Source: a virus (lineage: Duplodnaviria; Heunggongvirae; Uroviricota; Caudoviricetes). From it: a stretch of 64,000 nt of DNA. Both the position numbers and the translations under genes were made by a program. The DNA is taken from IMG/VR virus record IMGVR_UViG_2923159863_000006; one strand, given 5' to 3'. Shown here one piece after another: positions 1 through 11,204 of the stretch (its first letter is position 1; the number at the start of each line of letters is the position of its first letter). Under the pieces are notes generated by a model that saw nothing but the letters and a program-made list of their open reading frames with translations, ran no database searches and was not told where the DNA came from.

Positions 1-1590
<1,590 letters not shown>

Positions 1591-1620
1591 GGCATTGTCC
1601 TGCGGGGCTTTGCGAGATGG

Positions 1621-2838
1621 TTACGCGCTTTCCTCTGCTTCCTGTACCAATTCCGTACCAGTTTTAACCCTGGTCTGTAGCTTCTCCAGCTCGCTCCAAT
1701 CCGAGGCGGAGTTAAGCCACTTGGCATAAGTCGATAGCAGCATCTGCACGCTGTGGCCTAGCTGCCCAGCGATAAACGCAGGGTTCATGCCAGCCATCAG
1801 GCACATGGTTGCGTATGTGTGGCGGGTGTCATACTGCCGGCGCCTTCTGATGGATAGAGCATCAAGCGCGGCGTGGAAGTGCTTTATGGTAACACTTGGC
1901 TCCTTGATCCACAGCCCGCCTTTGCTGGGCGGGAATACGAACGGGCTGACTGCGAACTCCGAGACGGATGCGACCTGCTTCAGGCGCGCAATCCGCTTGG
2001 CCTCTGCCAGGGCATTTAAGGCACGATCATTGAGCAGCACGTCGCGCTCATGCTTGGTCTTTACTCGCTCCTCGATCCCGCGATCTATGACGATCCGGCA
2101 CACATGAATACGTCGTGCCTCTTCGTCTACCTCATCCCATCGAAGGGCGAACGCCTCTCCAGGCCGAAGACCAGTGAAGAACAGGAATTCGTACAGTGCG
2201 GCGTAGATCCTAGAGTACTTCCCTAGGGTCGCGTACAGGTGCTGGATGATGCGTTCTGCCTCGTCCCTGGTGAATGGATCTACCAGTTTCTTAGACACCC
2301 GCGGCTTCTCAAGGGGCGCCATCGGGTTCTTCTTGATCAGGCCGTCTTTCACAGCGGAATCTAGGATCGTCGACAGCTTGAACATCGCGTTTCGCTTCAC
2401 GCCTGGCGACGTCCACTCGATGCTGCTGATGATTCGGCGCAAGAGGGTAGGCGTGATTTGATCAAGCCGGGCTACTGCTAGATGCGGCATCCAGTATTGG
2501 TTGAGGATGCTCTTGTAGTTCTTCCGTGTCCCAAGCACAATCTCTCGGCTGTCTAGCCAGAGTTGAGCATGCTCACCGAACAGAGGGATTTGGCTGCTGA
2601 CCGATTCCGCAATCGCAGACCCTGGGAAGAACTCTGCATACTTGGCTTCATCCATGATGCCAAGCTTGATTGCCTGGACTACCTGATCTCTAAGACCGGA
2701 TGCAGTCTTAATCCCTTTTTGCGTCGCGGGATAGGGGAGTGTTTCGCACTTCCTTGTTCCGTTCCACATGAAGCGGATACGGATAGAGTTGCCGATGACT
2801 TCCACCCCGGTGGGCATACCCAAAGGCTTTCGAGCCAT
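1621..2838 (-). CDS. int: Tyrosine recombinase / phage integrase (405 aa)
   Basis: C-terminal catalytic region with the R..HxxR..Y pattern (YDTRHTYATMCLMAG ... GHSVQMLLSTYAKW). Identical to 33472-34689. Confidence 0.9.
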   Translation of the reverse strand: MARKPLGMPTGVEVIGNSIRIRFMWNGTRKCETLPYPATQKGIKTASGLRDQVVQAIKLGIMDEAKYAEFFPGSAIAESVSSQIPLFGEHAQLWLDSREIVLGTRKNYKSILNQYWMPHLAVARLDQITPTLLRRIISSIEWTSPGVKRNAMFKLSTILDSAVKDGLIKKNPMAPLEKPRVSKKLVDPFTRDEAERIIQHLYATLGKYSRIYAALYEFLFFTGLRPGEAFALRWDEVDEEARRIHVCRIVIDRGIEERVKTKHERDVLLNDRALNALAEAKRIARLKQVASVSEFAVSPFVFPPSKGGLWIKEPSVTIKHFHAALDALSIRRRRQYDTRHTYATMCLMAGMNPAFIAGQLGHSVQMLLSTYAKWLNSASDWSELEKLQTRVKTGTELVQEAEESA

Positions 2839-3020
2839 TCGTCGTATCTCCGTCGACTGTAGATTATTTTCCCGTTGACCTTGTTCCAGACGCCTTCTGG
2901 AATCTGTCCCTTTGACCGTCTGGTTTGTAGGGCGCGGTAGGTTATCCCAAGCAGCGCCGCCATGACCTGTTCGGGCACCTTGTCTTCGTACTCGATTTGC
3001 TCTGCGGTACTCATAGGCAA
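2679..3020 (-). CDS. xis: Excisionase / AlpA-like small DNA-binding protein
   Basis: Small basic ORF directly upstream of int and overlapping it, with an HTH-like segment (LLGITYRALQTRRSKGQIPEG). The true C-terminus is uncertain. Confidence 0.45.
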   Translation of the reverse strand: MPMSTAEQIEYEDKVPEQVMAALLGITYRALQTRRSKGQIPEGVWNKVNGKIIYSRRRYDEWLESLWVCPPGWKSSATLSVSASCGTEQGSAKHSPIPRRKKGLRLHPVLEIR

Positions 3021-3258
3021 TACCTCTCCGCCCCAGCTATTGCCGGGGAGGGCATGATGGTAGGATTTAGACGCCCAGCCGGGTTAGCTCAGGGAGAGCT
3101 AGTGGCGCCCGGCTGGGCTTACAGCAACCGTCTGATCATTAATTTTCTTATAAATCATGTGCTTATGTGTGATAGCACTAAGAAAATGAGTAAGACCGTC
3201 GGCAACCCGAGCAGCATGGTCTTCATGTAGCCCTTCATGACTCCGTTCCAGAACGGGC

Positions 3259-3444
3259 TCACTCCCCACCACCTGCCTTCCTGCGCTGATTCGCTCTGAT
3301 CCTCTGCGCTTTTTTCTTGGCCTCGTCTCGGCTATCTGCCTCTATGCGAAACACTTCACACAGCGCATAGTCTGGATCATCTGGACTGCCTCCAGTGCTC
3401 CAGCTTCCGTCTGGGAAGCGGGCAACGGTCCATACTAGTTTCAT
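3259..3444 (-). CDS. Hypothetical small phage protein (61 aa)
   Basis: ORF conserved in both repeat copies (35110-35295). Confidence 0.3.
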   Translation of the reverse strand: MKLVWTVARFPDGSWSTGGSPDDPDYALCEVFRIEADSRDEAKKKAQRIRANQRRKAGGGE

Positions 3445-3689
3445 TCCCCACCTCCCATCGACTTGCCGATCTCTGCGGCGGCTTCGGTGATTGCCAGCCT
3501 TGTCGCTGCATCTCGCCTAGCTTTTCCCAATAGATCGCGCAGTATTCGTGACCTGCTTGGTTCGATACCAGGGTCCATTGGTTTTCTCGGTCCGGAGTGA
3601 CTACAAGTCCGCGCTTCACAGCCAGCCTCAGCGCGTCGCCGTCGTCCTTCAGAGGGTTCCAGGTGGCCGGTTATCCCAGCCGCTTCCAT
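3377..3689 (-). pseudogene. Frameshifted homolog of the 115-aa gene at 35292-35639
   Basis: Copy 1 lacks single bases relative to copy 2 (for example gctgcatctcg against gctgccatctcg), which splits the ORF. Confidence 0.5.
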
Positions 3690-3782
3690 CGTTCAGAGGG
3701 CGCGCCATAGTTTCCCAGAACTCGGACCACGTGTATCCAACCCCCGCCGCCCGCGCCGCCAGTTCGAGTAGTTCGCGGTCGT

Positions 3783-4193
3783 TCATTTCTTGGCTCCTTC
3801 TATGGCTGCGTCGATTGCAGCGTCGAGGTGTTCTCCGAATAGATGCGATGTGCGGTTACGAACCACCACAACTCCGCGCTCCTTCTGCCGCAATGCGCGA
3901 TACCGCGCAGCATCCTTCGCCATGCGCCGAATCTGCTCTGGAATGCTGACATTGCCGCCGTCTGGAGGGTCCATGTAGTAGGTACCGGGGAGGGCGCTTG
4001 CGCATTGACTAAGCTCTGCCTCCAGCCGCTCAACCTCGGCAATCAGCCAGAGAACAACATCCGGAGAGGTCGCCACCATGAACTCCTGATCAACGTGGAA
4101 CTCCGGGAAAGCATCTACGGATGAGGCCTTGTACCAGTCGCCTTTGTCGCGCGCCCGCTCCGCCAGCTCCTTCAGCTTGTTGGTGTCGGTCAT
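3783..4193 (-). CDS. Ead/Ea22-like phage early protein (136 aa)
   Basis: Position and sequence are typical of the Ead/Ea22 family in Pseudomonas prophages. Identical to 35636-36046. Confidence 0.6.
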   Translation of the reverse strand: MTDTNKLKELAERARDKGDWYKASSVDAFPEFHVDQEFMVATSPDVVLWLIAEVERLEAELSQCASALPGTYYMDPPDGGNVSIPEQIRRMAKDAARYRALRQKERGVVVVRNRTSHLFGEHLDAAIDAAIEGAKK

Positions 4194-4709
4194 TGCTTTT
4201 TCTCCAAGTGCTTATGAATCAGCCATTGGAGGAAGCTGCCCAAAATGCAAAGCACAAGCAGCACAGGGCCAAGGCCAACGATGTACCCGAGCGCGGCGCC
4301 AAGCCTCATCTCTAGGACGAAGATGAACCATTGGCTGATGGCAATTCCAATGGATGTCCAAGCACGCAATATGCGAGCATCTTCAAAAACGTCTTCATGG
4401 CGCCACCTCGATTCCGGCTTGCTGGAGGGCTTGAGTGATCCGGTCAGTCGCATAGCAGTAGCCGGTATCGAAGTTGTCACGGCAGGAGTTCTGCAGTCAC
4501 GTTGACAGTCCTCGATGCCGTCGTCCGGCAACTCCACCCTCAGAGCCGCGCGGCTGGCTTTCCAAGTCTCCCCAATCCCATTGAATGTGCTCGTACTCGT
4601 ACCGGCCATCAGCCTGTATGGAGAACAGGCCATCGCCAAAGTCGTCGTAATCAGTAGACCAACGCACTTTCGCGTGCGCTTCAAACTCGTCTCTCACTGC
4701 TTGCTCCAT
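4190..4709 (-). pseudogene. Frameshift-fused remnants of two small genes (homologs of 36043-36252 and 36249-36563)
   Basis: The copy-1 ORF is a chimera of two frames. Copy 2 has two clean genes overlapping by ATGA. Confidence 0.5.
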
Positions 4710-4806
4710 CTGCTCAACTCCTGTCCTTTCAACTCGGTCTGCCTGTAGAGTTCCTGCATATCCCGACGACCCGGAAGATTCCCAGGACGGAAGAGAACGA
4801 TGACTA

Positions 4807-5229
4807 TCACTGCCAATATGGTTTCGTTGTCGTTGTCCACGGTTGGTCCTCCGGGGGCGGATGCGTTTGTTTCGTTGTTGGGTGTCGATGCCGTGATTCC
4901 GGCATCGGTATCAGTCGCCCGCCGCTTTGGCGATTAGGTGCATGAGCATTTCGCGCAGTTGCTCGCGCTCGAGCACCTGGCCGGTCTTTGCGTACTCGTC
5001 GGCTTGGCTCAGGATCGCGTCGATCTCGATGTTGAACATGCGGCGAGAGCACGTCTGGCTCACACTGTTCGAGCAGCAACTGGATTGCTCGGGTCGGGTG
5101 CGCCATCGTGATCCCGAGCCAGTTGTAGGCCGAGGCAGTGCGGTAGTAGCGGAGGCCGGCGATCTCATGTCGGCGCGGCGGGCGGAAGGGTTTCGTGCGC
5201 ATATTCAATCCGGGTAGTGGGTAGCCCAT
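4807..5229 (-). pseudogene. Frameshifted homolog of 36765-37082
   Basis: 1-bp insertion (catgcggcg against catcggcg) relative to copy 2. Confidence 0.45.
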
Positions 5230-5273
5230 TATCCGAATTGCTGTATATGCGTACAGTGGTTGGCGATGGGTGG

Positions 5274-5456
5274 CTATGCCTGCTCGCTCAGCAGGGCGCG
5301 GAGTTCGTTGCGAGCTACGACGTAATCAGCATGCGAAAGCAGTGGCTCGCACAGCCTGCGCAAAAGCCCCTCGCTGACCACTACATGGCCCGCTGGAATA
5401 ACTGCCAACTCCCGCACTTCATAGCCTGGCCAGTCCTGAGGGTTTGCTCTGACCAT
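5274..5456 (-). pseudogene. Truncated homolog of 37127-37390
   Basis: Same protein sequence as copy 2 over 60 aa, then interrupted. Confidence 0.4.
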
Positions 5457-5539
5457 GTCGTGGTGCTCCTTGGAGCAGGGGCGCCATTCTCCCGGATGGC
5501 TTGTGAAGAACGAGTAGTACGCTTCATCTCACCCATTGC

Positions 5540-5904
5540 TAACTCTCCGTATCAAGTAGCGCCCGGCATACCGGCAGTCCGGATCGCGTGCTTCGTGCCC
5601 CTCAAGGCAATCGGGGCACAGTCCGTTGTTCATGTGCTTCCTTTCCCGTAGCGGACCTGCGGAGCGTGTCGTGATTCGCTGACCGTCAGGCCGTTGGGCG
5701 CCGTCTCGAGGCAGGCGTTAAAAGCCGTCCGTCTTCAGGTTCTCAGCGGTAGGCAGCAGGCCTCCCCATTGCCGGGCTCCGGCACAACCACCACCCCTGC
5801 GCGCAGGGCTTCTAGGTCTTGCTCGACAACATCCCGTTCGCGCATAGCTTTCAAGCACATGCGCCTGCTCTCGTCGGCGACATGTTTGAGATCCTCGATG
5901 TGCG
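5540..5904 (-). pseudogene. 3' part of the homolog of 37393-37974, truncated at the repeat boundary
   Basis: Identity with copy 2 ends abruptly at 5904 (37764 in copy 2). Confidence 0.4.
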
Positions 5905-6075
5905 GACGACCTGCTGCGGGTGAAATTCGTCTATCGCCTGCCTGGCGCGGCATCCGGTTGCGCAGCTACAACCGGGACGAGTACCCCGATGAGGAGTACA
6001 CCAGGGACCAGATGCGTGCCGGTGACATCAGCGTGATCGGGTGGGGTGTTCTGGTGGTCGGTGATGCGCCGGCGG
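5905..6075 (+). pseudogene. C-terminal fragment of a CI-like (S24 peptidase) repressor
   Basis: DDLLRVKFVYRLPGA ... IRLRSYNRDEYPDEEYT matches the C-terminus of the cI at 47699-48406 (GGELRVKVLYRLPGGGIRVRSYNSDEHPDEEYT). It has no N-terminus and carries one frameshift. Confidence 0.55.
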
Positions 6076-6119
6076 CGACACTGACTGCTCTCAGCCGAAC
6101 CATTTTTCTGCCTAGCTGT

Positions 6120-6177
6120 CTGTATATACAGAGGGATTGATCTACCTCCCAGAGCGGCCTATCATCTGTATATACAA
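6120..6177 (+). promoter_or_regulatory. Promoter with two flanking palindromic operators
   Basis: CTGTATATACAG at 6120-6131 (perfect palindrome), TTGATC-17 bp-TATCAT at 6137-6165, then CTGTATATACAA at 6166-6177 immediately upstream of the brnT-like start. Confidence 0.5.
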
Positions 6178-6196
6178 AGTCAAATGGTAACCGCGC

Positions 6197-6341
6197 TTGG
6201 AAAATCTGATCATTTCGGACGCCATCGAGAGGAAGCTTCAGGAAAAGCATGGTGGCGTGAGCCGCAGAGAAATCGAGCAATGCTTCGAGAACTGCGAGGG
6301 TGAACACCTGATCGAGAGGATCACAAGACAGACCCTGTAAC
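6197..6341 (+). pseudogene. BrnT-like toxin fragment (N-terminal approx. 47 aa only)
   Basis: ISDAIERKLQEKHGGVSRREIEQCFEN resembles the BrnT KHGVSFEEA motif. The ORF stops early. No convincing C-terminal continuation in any frame. Confidence 0.35.
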
Positions 6342-6469
6342 GAATGGTTCGTAGCCGAAACAACGCTGGCAGGCCCTAAAGATCTGTTTCTTCGAGAATG
6401 GTAAGGTTTTCCTGAAAACAGCGAACCCAGTGCTGAAGAAACACGTATCTACAGAAAATTTGCAATCAA

Positions 6470-6829
6470 ATGACAAAGAGTGAGGAAGCTATGAGCAACG
6501 TTGAACTGTGGGAAAGCGGCGAGCTCGGGACGACCGAAGCGCACGCCCAAGTCTCCACTGGCTCAAAGCAAGAGGTGGATGACGCGCTCGGCCTCCAACT
6601 GATTTCCATTCGCCTACAAAAGCAATTAGTAAACGATCTCAAGAAAATTGCCGAGTATCACGGAGTCGGCTATCAGCCGATGATCCGCGACCTACTCAAT
6701 CGGTTTGCTCGATCCGAGATCAAGCAAATCATTTGTCAGCGACTGAATGAAATCGAGTCGTCCGAGAAAACTGTTAGCGAATCCAGCACCGCTCCGGTGA
6801 AGGAGTTCCTCGAAAAAATGAGGGCGTAA
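6470..6829 (+). CDS. BrnA-like RHH antitoxin (119 aa)
   Basis: ISIRLQKQLVNDLKKIAEYHGVGYQPMIRDLLNRF matches the BrnA family signature (IS.RLP..L...LK.IA...GVGYQ.LIR). Confidence 0.6.
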   Translation: MTKSEEAMSNVELWESGELGTTEAHAQVSTGSKQEVDDALGLQLISIRLQKQLVNDLKKIAEYHGVGYQPMIRDLLNRFARSEIKQIICQRLNEIESSEKTVSESSTAPVKEFLEKMRA

Positions 6830-6845
6830 CAGAAAGAGATTGTCC

Positions 6846-6875
6846 AATGGCCCCGCATCTGCGGGGCTTTTCATT
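6846..6875 (+). terminator. Rho-independent terminator after the brnA-like gene
   Basis: ggccccgcatctgcggggc hairpin followed by a T-run. Confidence 0.5.
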
Positions 6876-7061
6876 TCCGCCCTACCCCTCCAGCGCCTGC
6901 CTATCCCACCTCAGCGTTACGGTGCCGTCGTCGTTGAACACCAGGCCGACACCGTCCATCTCAGCCTGCACCTACTCGTAGCCCTTCCTCTTTCTTTCTG
7001 TGCCCCTACACCAGCTTCACGCCCCGCCTCAAAGACTCCGCTCTTGCCATTCTGATTCACA

Positions 7062-7107
7062 GGTACATTTTGCAATTGACAATGTACCTTTAAGGTACTA
7101 GATTGAT
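7062..7107 (+). promoter_or_regulatory. Two GTAC-containing inverted repeats upstream of the luxR-like gene
   Basis: AGGTACATT-N11-AATGTACCT, then AAGGTAC-N18-GTACCTT. Confidence 0.4.
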
Positions 7108-7536
7108 TTGCAGTATGTACCTTCTTGGTTCCAGAGCACGGAGCAGCACATGACCACCACCGCCACCATCACAGCACACGGTTTCACCGGCTTCCTCGGC
7201 AAAGGCCTGTCCCTGCGTGAGCTTCAGTGCGTCCTGGGCATCGCTGCGGGTCGTACCTCGAAGGAGCTGGCCCGCGACCTGGGCATGCAGCCGGGCACGG
7301 TGGGTAAGCGCGTTCTGGCAGCGACCACCAAACTCGGAGTCACCCGCCGTGCCGCCCTGGTGGCTGAAGCCATGCGCCGCGGGCTTATCTCGCCCGCCGT
7401 GATCGCCCTCGCCTTCCTCGTCGCCGGTCAGCCACTGCTCAACGATGACCACATGATGCGCAGCCGCCGTGGCGGCGAAAGGAAGATCGAAACTCGTCTG
7501 ACTGCTCGCCGCGATGGCGTGGCCTGGGTGGCGTGA
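7108..7536 (+). CDS. LuxR/GerE-family HTH transcriptional regulator
   Basis: LSLRELQCVLGIAAGRTSKELARDLGMQPGTVGKRVLAATTKLGV is a classic LuxR C-terminal HTH. The true start may be the downstream ATG at about 7150. Confidence 0.7.
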   Translation: MQYVPSWFQSTEQHMTTTATITAHGFTGFLGKGLSLRELQCVLGIAAGRTSKELARDLGMQPGTVGKRVLAATTKLGVTRRAALVAEAMRRGLISPAVIALAFLVAGQPLLNDDHMMRSRRGGERKIETRLTARRDGVAWVA

Positions 7537-7772
7537 TCATGGCCTGGGACAGAAACGATCCTCTCAACATCCTGGCGCTGCAGCTCGACGGTGAACTGCG
7601 CGCAGCGGCCGACTTCTGCCATGGCTACAACGGGCCGGCACAGCGCGCTTTCGCCCGGCACATCCAGGGCCTGGGCAAGACGCTCGACGAGCTTACCGTG
7701 GCAGACCTGAAGGCAGCGGCCGGATTTGCGGACGCAGAACTGAACGACCTGCAGCAGAGAGGGCTGATCTGA
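7533..7772 (+). CDS. Hypothetical protein (79 aa), translationally coupled (ATGA) to luxR-like
   Basis: ORF and operon position only. Confidence 0.35.
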   Translation: MIMAWDRNDPLNILALQLDGELRAAADFCHGYNGPAQRAFARHIQGLGKTLDELTVADLKAAAGFADAELNDLQQRGLI

Positions 7773-7871
7773 CGCGGCAGACCGAACGCGCCGAAGCAGC
7801 CAAGCAGTAACCAACCGATTTTCGCGAAAGCCAACAACCGCGGCAGGCCATCGGCTTGCCTGGAGGAAAGC

Positions 7872-8126
7872 ATGGACAACAAACCTCTCATCAAGCCCGG
7901 GAAGCTCTTCCTGATCTGTATCGCCCTGCTGGCCTATGCCGGGTTGTCCGTCGCCCTGGTGGGCGGCATTGGGCCGGCCCTGGTCAGCAGTCGCGACGAT
8001 GTTCTGGTCTTCGCGGGATTCGCCATCCCCGGCGTCTGGTTGATCGCCTCGGTCTGCCTCGGCATCCACCTCGCCAACACCCGCCGTGAAGAAGCGGCCA
8101 CCACCAGCAAGGAGAAAGACCAATGA
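7872..8126 (+). CDS. Small two-TM membrane protein (NfeD/YqiJ-like partner of SPFH)
   Basis: Hydrophobic 84-aa ORF, 4-nt overlap with the downstream SPFH gene. Confidence 0.45.
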   Translation: MDNKPLIKPGKLFLICIALLAYAGLSVALVGGIGPALVSSRDDVLVFAGFAIPGVWLIASVCLGIHLANTRREEAATTSKEKDQ

Positions 8127-8959
8127 AGCGGATTCCCGCTGCTGCAATGCTGTGCCTGCTCGCCGTCCTGGCGGGCTGTTCGAAGGTGCCTGCCGGCAAC
8201 GTCGGCGTGATCGTCAACCTCTACGGCTCCGAGAAGGGCGTGGAGACGCGCGAGGTCGGCACTGGGCGCTACTGGGTAGGCGTGAACGAGGAACTCTACC
8301 TGTTCCCCACCTTCACGCAGACCGAGACCTGGGGTGGCGAGGAAGCGATCAGCTTCCAGACCGTTGAGGGCATGAAGGTTGGCGGCGCCGTCGGCATCAC
8401 CTACTCGGTATCTCCCGACAAGGTGACGACGCTGTTCCAGAAGTACCGGGCGGGTATCGACGAAATCACGAACAAGTTCTTGCGGAACATGGTGCGCGAT
8501 GCCTTCAACGATGTTGCCTCGAAGCTTCCAGTCGAGAGCGTCTATGGTGCCGGCAAGGCGGACCTGCTGCTGGCCGTCGAGAAGCGCGTGCGCGACCAGG
8601 TGGCGCCCATCGGCATCAATATCGAGCGCATCTACTACGCATCCGACCTGGTCCTCCCGCCGCAGGTTACGCAGAGCCTGAAACGCGAAGATCCCAGGCC
8701 ACCCAGATGGCCGAGCAGCGCCGTAACGAGGTCGCCCAAGCCAAGGCAGAAGCCGACAAGGAACGCGCTCGGCCCAAGGGGAGGCGGACGCGAAGCTGAC
8801 CCTGGCCACCGCCGATGCGAAGGCGATCGAGATCCGCGCCCAAGCGCTGCGCTCGAACCCCGACGTCGTGACCCTCAACGCGGTCGAGAAGTGGGACGGC
8901 AAGCTGCCACCTACATGGCCAGCGGCTCCCCGCTTCCCTTCATCGGCATCAGCAAGTAG
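8123..8959 (+). pseudogene. SPFH/Band-7 domain lipoprotein, disrupted by at least three 1-bp deletions
   Basis: Lipobox LAGC. SPFH body continues in shifted frames (QATQMAEQRRNEVAQAKAEADKERA..GEADAKLTLATADAKAIEIRAQALRSNPDVVTLNAVEKWDGKLP.TYMASGSPLPFIGISK) through 8958. Confidence 0.6.
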
Positions 8960-9000
8960 CCCCTCGCCCAGGCGCCAGCGATGGCGCCACTGGAGATCCC

Positions 9001-9231
9001 ATGAAACGAGCAACCGTTGTAACCGAACTGCCGGCCAGCACCAGCCGGGACATGGACAAGTTCGTTGTCCGTCTGCCGGACGGCCTGAGGGCCGAGGTCG
9101 AAGCCGAGGCCAAGCGAGACGAGCGCAGCATGAACTCCTTGATCGTCGTTGCCCTGCGCGAGTACCTGCATGGTCAGCGCCGAAAGCATGCGCTCCTCGA
9201 TGCTCTGACCGCTGCCACCGGAGGGCACTGA
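9001..9231 (+). CDS. Arc/MetJ-type ribbon-helix-helix DNA-binding protein (76 aa)
   Basis: FVVRLPDGLRAEVEAEAKRDERSMNSLIVVALREYL matches the Arc family. Confidence 0.6.
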   Translation: MKRATVVTELPASTSRDMDKFVVRLPDGLRAEVEAEAKRDERSMNSLIVVALREYLHGQRRKHALLDALTAATGGH

Positions 9232-9234
9232 CCA

Positions 9235-10381
9235 TGAAGCAAGCACTCATCGGCACCGCGATCAGCCTGCTGCTCAGCGCGTGCCTGTACTTCGGTCAGG
9301 GTCGCTTCACCAGTTCGCCTTCTATGTGGCGCGGCCACGAACGTTCTCTGCTGGCTGCTGATATTCGCCGGCGGCATCAAGGGGCAAGGAGCCGCGAACC
9401 TGCTCGCCCGCCCTTGGCTCTCCATCCCTACCGCGCTCTGCACGTGGCGGCCCTGGCCGTCACAGATCACCCCGCACTCGCGGCTTCGAGTCTGCTGGTG
9501 CAAATGGCTTGCTACGCCTCGCCTACCAGGCGGTGCGCAGCGCCGAGCAAGGGGGTGACCTATGACCATGCCCTGTTTAAACAGATCGACCTGACCGCCA
9601 AGCTCGGCCAGGACGGTAGCTCGCTCCAGGCCATGAACGCGCTACGCGTCATCCGGGAAACGGTAGCGAAGCACCTGGCCGGCACCGGAGGGTGCAGGAG
9701 AGATTCCGCTCGAGCGCGCCCTCCTGGCGCTCCGCACCATCGCCGAGTTCCCCTGTCCCGAGCAGGACAACATGCCGGCGGCGAACATGCGGCAGATCGC
9801 GCTGGCGGCGCTGAGCGGGGCTGGGGTGAGTACGGAGCCGGGCAACCCTGGCGGCGAACCTGTTTCCGGACCGGGTAATACCGGCGAGCCCCCTGGCCCG
9901 CGCCGAGGCCGGGTGATGACTCCCTTGGCGAAAGCCTTCGAACCCTGGAACGCTGGCTTGATCGAGTGGCAATCGAGGACGGCTATGTCGGCGTGCCGGT
10001 GATCGAGGCCGTCGAGGTGGTGGTCACCGAGATGAAGCGCCAGCAACAACCAGTCGATCCGGCCTTCTGCCGCTGCAACCACTGGTTCGCCGGGGATAGC
10101 GTCGAAGCGGCCTTCATTCGCCAGCATGGCCAGTGCCAGGACTGCGTCGAGATGGACCAGATGCTGGAGCGGGAAGGCAGGCGAGAACGCCAAGCGCTAC
10201 CTGTGGCTGCGCAACACGGCTCTCTATGCATCGGACCTGGCCCGCGAGGTCAACCGCATGGACAAGAGGCGTCGTCAACCTGTTCCCGCGGGACAAGGAC
10301 GGCAACCTCCTGGCAGAGGCTGATCTGGACGAGGCCATCGATGCTGCCATGGCGAAGCCGCCGGAAGGCGGTGACGCATGA
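9235..10381 (+). pseudogene. Frameshift-fragmented gene or genes (lipoprotein-like N-terminus, C-terminus ...VVNLFPRDKDGNLLAEADLDEAIDAAMAKPPEGGDA)
   Basis: Protein-like segments appear in three frames in turn. No single clean ORF. Confidence 0.25.
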
Positions 10382-10905
10382 GCATCACCCTCAAGGGCCA
10401 TGCCCTCAACCAGCGCCAACTCGACGCTATCACCCCCGGTGATGAACGACCTGATTCAGGGTCGGGTTGACCTGGCAAGTTCGATGATGCCTGCGTCAAA
10501 GCCCTGGATAACGCCGGCTGCCCGCTGGGCTATGACACCAGCATGCCCGGTACCGGCAGCACCATCGAGGAGCGGGCCGCCAGATGGCTGAGTGACGGTC
10601 AAGTGGGAGCGTCTTCGCGGGCCATCCACGATCACATGCTCGGTCTGCCCATGGAACGCCACCACGCGGCCTATCCCCATGACCCGGACGACCTGAATCG
10701 CTGCCTGCTCCTGCTGAACCTAATCCCTGAATGGGCGTCACGCATCCGCGAGATGGCCCAGCACAGCCAGGAGTGGGCCGCACTGGCGAGCAGTTGGGGA
10801 AAGCTCACCAACCTTTTCCTGCAAGAAGCTGGTCTGGACTGGCAACGCAGCAGCGGAGCCCCCGAAACCTACGCAGCGATGCGATTCCTACTGGGTGATG
10901 CATGA
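10380..10905 (+). pseudogene. Hypothetical gene with a frameshift in a C5 run at about 10437
   Basis: MSITLKGHALNQRQLDAI... continues in the frame of the 10543-10905 ORF (KFDDACVKALDNAGCPLGYDTSMPGTGSTIEE...). Confidence 0.3.
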
Positions 10906-11204
10906 GAAAAGCACTGACCGCCATCGCACTCGTCGCGCTGTTTGGCCTGGCTGCTGTTGCCGCCGGCGCAGCGCTCCAGCCGTTCAAGACCCTGTTCATC
11001 TGGGAGGTATGCCAGTGATGAGAGGCTCCGACATTCCACCACCACCAGGGTATCGCCCTACCCCGCTCGCCACCCTCGGCCAGCAGTTGGTCCGCCTGGC
11101 CAGGCGATGCAGAACCCCAACACCAAGCTCGGCGAGTTGACCGAACTGGTCCAGGCCTGCGGCGTCGACCTGCGGATCTGCGACACGAACAAGGAGAGCC
11201 GGTC

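Noticed and set aside
6120-6131. CTGTATATACAG as a LexA SOS box
   Set aside because: The spacing is CTG-N6-CAG. Gamma-proteobacterial LexA boxes are CTG-N10-CAG. More likely a TA or phage-repressor operator.
7934-9256. 440-aa minus-strand ORF and the 8868-9878 plus-strand ORF
   Set aside because: Arg/Pro/Ala-rich translation typical of spurious ORFs in high-GC DNA. They overlap real, motif-bearing genes (SPFH, RHH).
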